64,000 nucleotides of DNA from an uncultured delta proteobacterium. Its GTDB lineage: Bacteria > Desulfobacterota > Desulfobacteria > Desulfobacterales > B30-G6. Position 1 is the stretch's first letter. Every line of letters begins with the position of its first letter. The stretch spans positions 1,312,001-1,376,000 of the forward strand of contig CAWGLD010000001.1 of the NCBI GenBank assembly GCA_963823335.1. Reading direction: 5' to 3'. A program made the translations under genes and the position numbers. Positions 58,594 to 64,000 of this stretch are shown piece by piece. The notes below the pieces were generated by a model. That model did not search any database, was not told the DNA's origin, and saw nothing but the letters and a program-made list of their open reading frames with translations.

Positions 58594-59514
58594 ATGAAAT
58601 CGAGAAGGTCGAATCTGTCTGTGCCGGGCCATATGGAAAAAATGCACTCAAAAGCCAGGGACAGTGCGGTGGATATCGTAATGTTTGATCTTGAAGACAG
58701 TGTGCCCGTGGATCAAAAGAAGACCGCCAGAGCTCAGGTGATTCAATCCCTTCTTGCCTTGGATTGGCGGGATAAGACCGTAACTGTCCGTTGCAATGCG
58801 CTTGACACCCCGTTTGCTTACAGGGACCTCATTGATGTCGTGGAGAACGCCGGTCAGGTGCTGGATGCTGTGGTTGTTCCAAAGGTGAACCATCCGGGCG
58901 ATATTCATTTTGTGCACCGGCTGCTCGAAGGTATCGAGATGAACAAACAGCGCTTGAACCGGGTCGGGATCGAGGCCTCCATCGAAAGTGCTGCCGGTCT
59001 GGAAAATGTATCTCGCACAGCAAAGGCGAGTAATCGCCTGATATCATTGGTATTCGGGATTGCTGACTATTCAGCTTCCATTGGCGCGAGACTGGTATCT
59101 GTTTCAGGGCATGGTGAAGCAGAGACAGATCTTTATCCCGGTCATCGCTGGCACTACCCATTGAGCCGGATCGTTATGGCGGCCAAGGCCAATGCCTTGC
59201 AGGTAATGGATGCGCCTTATGGCAATTTTAAAGATCTGGATGGGTTACGTCGATCCGCTGCCATGGCAAACGCTCTGGGGTGTGATGGTAAATGGGTGAT
59301 TCATCCAGGCCAGATAGAAATTGTCAACGCGGTATTCTCGCCGTCTGCGGAAGAGATCGAACGTGCGCGGATGGTTATCGAGGCATACGATGCGGCTGTA
59401 AAATCGGGGCGTGGTGCTGTATCTTTGGGTGGCAGCGTGGTGGACAGCGCGACGATCCGTATGGCCAGACAGCTCTGGGAACAGGCCAAGTGCCTTGGCT
59501 TATTGAAAAAATAA
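58594..59514 (+). CDS. CitE/HpcH family CoA ester lyase (citryl/malyl-CoA lyase-like)
   Basis: RRSNLSVPG, FDLEDSV, VVPKV, IESAAG, FGIADY, GKWVIHPGQI. Confidence 0.9.
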   Translation: MKSRRSNLSVPGHMEKMHSKARDSAVDIVMFDLEDSVPVDQKKTARAQVIQSLLALDWRDKTVTVRCNALDTPFAYRDLIDVVENAGQVLDAVVVPKVNHPGDIHFVHRLLEGIEMNKQRLNRVGIEASIESAAGLENVSRTAKASNRLISLVFGIADYSASIGARLVSVSGHGEAETDLYPGHRWHYPLSRIVMAAKANALQVMDAPYGNFKDLDGLRRSAAMANALGCDGKWVIHPGQIEIVNAVFSPSAEEIERARMVIEAYDAAVKSGRGAVSLGGSVVDSATIRMARQLWEQAKCLGLLKK

Positions 59515-59525
59515 AACAAGCAATA

Positions 59526-59570
59526 TCAGGCTGTAGGCTGTTAGCTGCTAACAGCCTGAAAGCCTACAGT
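59526..59570. terminator. Hairpin between convergent genes, built from degenerate 7-mers
   Basis: AGGCTGTTAG-CTG-CTAACAGCCT stem. Confidence 0.45.
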
Positions 59571-59575
59571 CTATG

Positions 59576-61222
59576 TTATCCGCTGAATTGCTTGCGAAGC
59601 ACTTTCTTGTCCAATTTTCCCACACTGGTTTTGGCGATGCTTTCGACAAATTCGTATCGATCTGGAACGCCATATTTGGGTAATTTACCCTGTTTTGCAA
59701 ATTCCAGCATATAGGTCTTGAAATCACCCGCCGATACTCTACCCCTGTATTCAGGTTTCAGGGTGACGATCATCATGGGGCGTTCACCCCATTTTTTGTC
59801 AGGGATGCCGATAGCTGCAGATTCCAGAACGGCCTCGTGTTGACTCATGATATTCTCCAGGTCAAGGGAGGAGACCCATTCTCCGCCGCTTTTGATGACA
59901 TCTTTTATCCTGTCCGTTATCTGAAGGTATCCATTTTCATCCATATACCCGACATCGCCGCTATGGAGCCAGCCTTTTTGCCATAGTTCTTTTGTTTTGT
60001 CCGGAGCCTTATAGTAGCTCTGAGTGAGCCAGGGTGACCGCATGACCACCTCACCCGTTGTCACACCGTCGTGCGGGAGTCTCCGGCCGTCTGCATCCAC
60101 GACCTCGACTTCAGCCAGGGGCAGGGGCTTTCCGGTTTTGGTTATGATATTCAAGTGTCTGTCACCTTCCCAGTTGAGCATGGATTCGTTGGGTGTTGCC
60201 GTGGTCATGACGGGTCCGGTCTCCGACATCCCGTAGCCGGCATGAATTTCGATACCGAGTTCCATGGCTTGTCTGGCCAGACCTTTGGGGAGTTGCGACC
60301 CTCCCATGACCACTTTCCAGTTTGACAGATCGACCTTTTTTGCCATGGGGCTCGTGATGATCATCTGCAGAACCGTGGGGACGCAATGAGAAAAGGTGAC
60401 CTTTTCAGTTTCGATCAGTCTGAGTAATTTTCCCGGTTCATAGGGACCCGGATAGACCTGTTTGGCGCCCATCAGCGTTGCCACAAAGGGAAATCCCCAG
60501 GCATGGACATGGAACATGGGTGTCAGGGGCATGTAAACATCGTTTGAACGGAAGCGGGCAATGGTGTGGTAGGCGCTGGAGATGATGCAGACGGACAGCG
60601 CGTGAAGAACCAGTTGCCGATGCGAATAATAAACACCCTTGGGATCGCCTGTGGTACCGGTGGTATAAAATGTCGTGGCTTTCGTATTTTCGTCCAGGTC
60701 GGGAAATTCATAGGATGGTGAAGCCGAAGCAAGCATTTCCTGGTAGTCGGCGTCTATCAAAAGATCCGTGTTTAAAGACGCAGTCTCTTCTTTTATGACG
60801 ACAAGGGTTTTTACATGCGCCAGCTGGTCTCGAACAGTCTCGATGACAGGCAGAAAATCGGCATGGGTTATTATGGTTTTGGCTTCGGCATGGTTGATGG
60901 TATAAACGATCTGTTCGGAGGAGAGCCGCCAGTTTACGGTCTGTAGAACCGCGCCCATCATGGGAATGGCAAAGAAGCACTCCAGGTACCGCGGGCTGTC
61001 ATAATCGAGTACGGCAACCACGTCGCCGTGTTGAACGCCCAGTCCGTGGAGACCACCGGCAAGACATTGAATTCGATCGTTCAGGTCCTTGTAGGTATAG
61101 CGTGTTCCGTCACTGTATACGATCTCTTTTTCAGGTGCATAGATGAGAGGGGTCTTGAGCAGTTTCTTGAGGATCAGAGGATATGCGTAGCTTTCACCTG
61201 GTTGGTAGATTTTTTTATTCAT
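59576..61222 (-). CDS. Fatty acid--CoA ligase (AMP-binding family)
   Basis: YTTGTTGDPKG, PMFHVHAWG, GYGMSET, GWLHSGD, DRIKDVIKSGGEW, KTSVGKLDKK. Confidence 0.92.
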   Translation of the reverse strand: MNKKIYQPGESYAYPLILKKLLKTPLIYAPEKEIVYSDGTRYTYKDLNDRIQCLAGGLHGLGVQHGDVVAVLDYDSPRYLECFFAIPMMGAVLQTVNWRLSSEQIVYTINHAEAKTIITHADFLPVIETVRDQLAHVKTLVVIKEETASLNTDLLIDADYQEMLASASPSYEFPDLDENTKATTFYTTGTTGDPKGVYYSHRQLVLHALSVCIISSAYHTIARFRSNDVYMPLTPMFHVHAWGFPFVATLMGAKQVYPGPYEPGKLLRLIETEKVTFSHCVPTVLQMIITSPMAKKVDLSNWKVVMGGSQLPKGLARQAMELGIEIHAGYGMSETGPVMTTATPNESMLNWEGDRHLNIITKTGKPLPLAEVEVVDADGRRLPHDGVTTGEVVMRSPWLTQSYYKAPDKTKELWQKGWLHSGDVGYMDENGYLQITDRIKDVIKSGGEWVSSLDLENIMSQHEAVLESAAIGIPDKKWGERPMMIVTLKPEYRGRVSAGDFKTYMLEFAKQGKLPKYGVPDRYEFVESIAKTSVGKLDKKVLRKQFSG

Positions 61223-61354
61223 GGGAGAATTCCTGTCTTTGACAGCGTTGTATGTGCATGGTATCCTAAAAAATATTTAAAAAATGTCTTTTGGCCCAAT
61301 CTCTGTGTTGGAAGTATATCATATTCAAAATAAATTTCCAGAGGCAGATACACC

Positions 61355-62269
61355 ATGCGAGACCCATTTCAGGATATCGTGATGCAGATCAGCGCCATCG
61401 TTCTCGGTAAAGAGGATCAGATTCGCCTGGCGCTGACATGCCTTTTTGCCAGGGGTCATCTGCTGATAGAAGACATTCCGGGTATTGGGAAAACAACCCT
61501 GGCAAAAGCGCTTTCAAAATGTCTTGGGCTCCAGTTTCGTCGGGTCCAGTTTACGAGCGACATGTTGCCGGGCGATATCCTGGGAACCTCTATCTTCGAT
61601 CGAAAACAGAGCGCGTTTCTTTTTCATCCCGGTCCTATTTTTACGCAGGTGCTTCTGGCGGATGAAATAAACCGCGCCACTCCGAAAACCCAGAGCGCTC
61701 TACTGGAGGCAATGGAGGAACAGCAGGTTACCATCGAAGGGGAAACGCGTGGGCTCGGGAGTCCATTTTTTGTGATTGCCACCCAGAACCCTCTGGAACA
61801 GTATGGCACGTTTCCCCTGCCTGAATCCCAGCTGGATCGTTTTCTGATGCGTATCGATCTGGGATATCCGGACAGAGCGGCCGAGAAAAAATTGCTCAGA
61901 AGCGAGAATGTCAGGGATCGCCTGACAAACATGCCAGCCTGCATTCTGTCAGAAGATGTTCTGGAAATTCAGCAACGAATCGGTGGTGTACACATTTCCG
62001 ATGCACTACTTAATTATGTTCAGGACATATTGGCGTTTACCCGGACGTCAACCCATTTTCACATTGGGCTTTCGCCCAGAGCCGGAATGGCGATTACACA
62101 GGCTGCTCGGTCCTGGTCGTACATCAGTGGCCGCGACTACATTCTCCCTGAAGATGTTCAAAAAATTTTGCCATGGGTGGTGGGGCATCGATTACGGGCC
62201 AAAGAAAATCTCGAGGAGATACCCCGTCAACGGCTGGCAACCATCCTTGCAGAAGTTCCCATACCTTAA
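61355..62269 (+). CDS. MoxR family AAA+ ATPase
   Basis: GHLLIEDIPGIGKT, QFTSDMLP, ADEINRATPKTQSALLEAM, ATQNP, PLPESQLDRF. Confidence 0.94.
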   Translation: MRDPFQDIVMQISAIVLGKEDQIRLALTCLFARGHLLIEDIPGIGKTTLAKALSKCLGLQFRRVQFTSDMLPGDILGTSIFDRKQSAFLFHPGPIFTQVLLADEINRATPKTQSALLEAMEEQQVTIEGETRGLGSPFFVIATQNPLEQYGTFPLPESQLDRFLMRIDLGYPDRAAEKKLLRSENVRDRLTNMPACILSEDVLEIQQRIGGVHISDALLNYVQDILAFTRTSTHFHIGLSPRAGMAITQAARSWSYISGRDYILPEDVQKILPWVVGHRLRAKENLEEIPRQRLATILAEVPIP

Positions 62270-62338
62270 TTTAAATTCATCCCGCGCTGCAGCGCAGGCT
62301 GAATTTAAATATGAAAGAACGATTTTATTCTATTAGAA

Positions 62339-63256
62339 ATGCCAACCAATTCTACAGTCAAAACAATAGGTGATTTCAGCCGCCCCAATAAAAATGGTCG
62401 GATCCGGTGGTTCCCCACACGCTACGGCTGGCTCTTTGTGGCTGCTCTTTTAGGCATGCTGATGGGGTCCATCAATTATAACAACAACCTTGGATTTCTT
62501 TTTACCTTTCTGCTGGGAAGCATATTGCTGGTCTCTCTCGTTCACAGCTATCGAAACATTCGAGGGATAGCTGTGAAAGAGATTCTGGCCCTGCCTGTAT
62601 TCGAGGCCCAAGACGCCATCTTTGAACTGAAATTGCGTTTATTGCCAAAGCAGCGCATGGCTCTTCGTTTCAGCCTGGATGACAGTCAAGAGGTCATGGT
62701 GGGTACGATACAGGGTTCTTGTGCCCGGGTTTCGGTCGCCCTGCCGGCCAGGAAAAGAGGGCGCGTTTCGCCGAGGGAATTGACCATTGTTTCTGAATAC
62801 CCTTTCGGGCTGTTTGCTTTCCGCACAACCTGCCAAGTTGATGGCGATTGTCTGGTATATCCCAAACCGGTCCCCATGCAAAAACTATCCATGCAGGATC
62901 TTTTTCAGGCCCATTCCGCCGAGGGTGTCGCCCGGGAAAGTGCCGAGGATTTCAAGGGCTTGCGAACGTTTCAAAATGGGGATGCTATCCAGCATATCTT
63001 CTGGAAGGCATTTTCAAAGGGCCAGGGCCTGATGGTCAAGGAATTTATGGGCAGCACCTCTCCTTGTCTGTGCTTCAGTTGGGATAAAATCAAACCGGCC
63101 CATGTGGAGAAGAAACTATCAATGTTATGCGGAATGGTGCTCAAGGCCCACGGGATGAAACTGAAATACGGCATCCGTCTTCCTGGTCACCTGATTGCCC
63201 CGGACAAGGGCGCCCATCACAAACACGCATGTCTGCGCGCACTGGCCTTATTCTGA
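62339..63256 (+). CDS. DUF58 domain protein
   Basis: PTRYG, INYNNNL, YPFGLF, LVYPKP, DFKGLR, IFWKA. Confidence 0.88.
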   Translation: MPTNSTVKTIGDFSRPNKNGRIRWFPTRYGWLFVAALLGMLMGSINYNNNLGFLFTFLLGSILLVSLVHSYRNIRGIAVKEILALPVFEAQDAIFELKLRLLPKQRMALRFSLDDSQEVMVGTIQGSCARVSVALPARKRGRVSPRELTIVSEYPFGLFAFRTTCQVDGDCLVYPKPVPMQKLSMQDLFQAHSAEGVARESAEDFKGLRTFQNGDAIQHIFWKAFSKGQGLMVKEFMGSTSPCLCFSWDKIKPAHVEKKLSMLCGMVLKAHGMKLKYGIRLPGHLIAPDKGAHHKHACLRALALF

Positions 63257-64000
63257 TGAAAACGGAAAGACAGCACTCCCTATTGATTGTAACTGTTCTG
63301 GGTATTGTCATCGGTCCTCTTTTTTTGAACCTGCCGGTGTGGGTGACAGGGTGGTGCCTGTTCTTCTGGGGCTACGCGATTCTGGCGCACAAAAGGAGAT
63401 GGCCATGGCCGAATCGAACTGCCCGTTTGATTCTGGCGTGTATTGGATTCATGGCGGTGCTGATTTTTCTGGGAGGGGGCACCCGGACTCTGGGCGGCCA
63501 AATGTTTATCGGCTTGTTGAGCGTTATGGCGGGCTTGAAACCGCTGGAAGCAAAGAGCCATCGGGATAACGTCGTGACCCTGTTCATGGCCTATTTCATT
63601 ATCATCAGCAGTCTTTTTATCATAGAAAATCTTTTTATAACCCTCTACATGTTCGTGTCCGTTCTTGTAACGACAGCATGTCTTATTCACTTCAATCTTC
63701 CTGGAAGACAGCTGAAAGATAATCTGGGGTTGGCAGCCATCATCATGCTCCAGGCGATACCCCTGATGATCCTGTTCTTCGTTCTGTTTCCCAGAGCAGA
63801 GGGAACCTTTTTTACTCTTCCGGGAAGCTATCAAGGCCGGACCGGATTTTCAGAGTCGATGCAGCCAGGTTCCATATCGAGACTTGTTCGGGAAGACAGG
63901 ACCGTGTTCAGGGTCCAGTTCCAGGGGGAATTTCCAGACGCGTCAGCTCTTTACTGGCGGGGACTGGTATTGTGGCACTTCGATGGGAATTCCTGGACCC
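63256..64000 (+). CDS. DUF3488/transglutaminase (TgpA-like) membrane protein, 5' part; runs off the window
   Basis: Manual translation from ATG 63256: multi-TM, LKPLE...RD, LFFVLFPR, TGFSESMQPGSISRL, LYWRGLVLWHFDG; MoxR-DUF58 synteny. Confidence 0.88.
   Translation, partial: MKTERQHSLLIVTVLGIVIGPLFLNLPVWVTGWCLFFWGYAILAHKRRWPWPNRTARLILACIGFMAVLIFLGGGTRTLGGQMFIGLLSVMAGLKPLEAKSHRDNVVTLFMAYFIIISSLFIIENLFITLYMFVSVLVTTACLIHFNLPGRQLKDNLGLAAIIMLQAIPLMILFFVLFPRAEGTFFTLPGSYQGRTGFSESMQPGSISRLVREDRTVFRVQFQGEFPDASALYWRGLVLWHFDGNSWT

Overview
Chromosomal segment of a bacterium; the gene content and protein sequences suggest a sulfate-reducing Desulfobacterota member (Desulfobacterales-like; inference). 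It is mostly core genes: a stand-alone fusA, parAB, ispH fused to a UbiA-like domain, plsY, recN, mlaEFD, pilMNOPQ, thrC, serS, pcm, class II nrdJ, coaD, rsmD, comM, gpmI, rplU-rpmA-obgE-nadD-rsfS and a MoxR-DUF58-transglutaminase cluster. Four things stand out. (1) A mercury-methylation operon arsR-hgcA-hgcB with a palindromic operator, a Cys-Cys-rich HgcA N-terminal extension, a coupled unknown fourth gene and an unannotated 57-aa Cys-rich ORF upstream. (2) A candidate sigma-54-dependent sRNA of about 78 nt (24303->24226, minus strand) with tandem enhancer-like palindromes, an IHF-like site, a -24/-12 promoter, an anti-Shine-Dalgarno/anti-AUG seed and a terminator, directly downstream of an NtrC-type two-component system. 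(3) At least five intergenic copies of an IS200/IS605-like non-autonomous palindromic element, plus other repeated palindromes. (4) Tandem NrdR-box-like sites upstream of the type IV pilus operon. No rRNA, tRNA, CRISPR array, prophage or autonomous transposase was seen. All calls were made by eye from motifs; no database searches were run.
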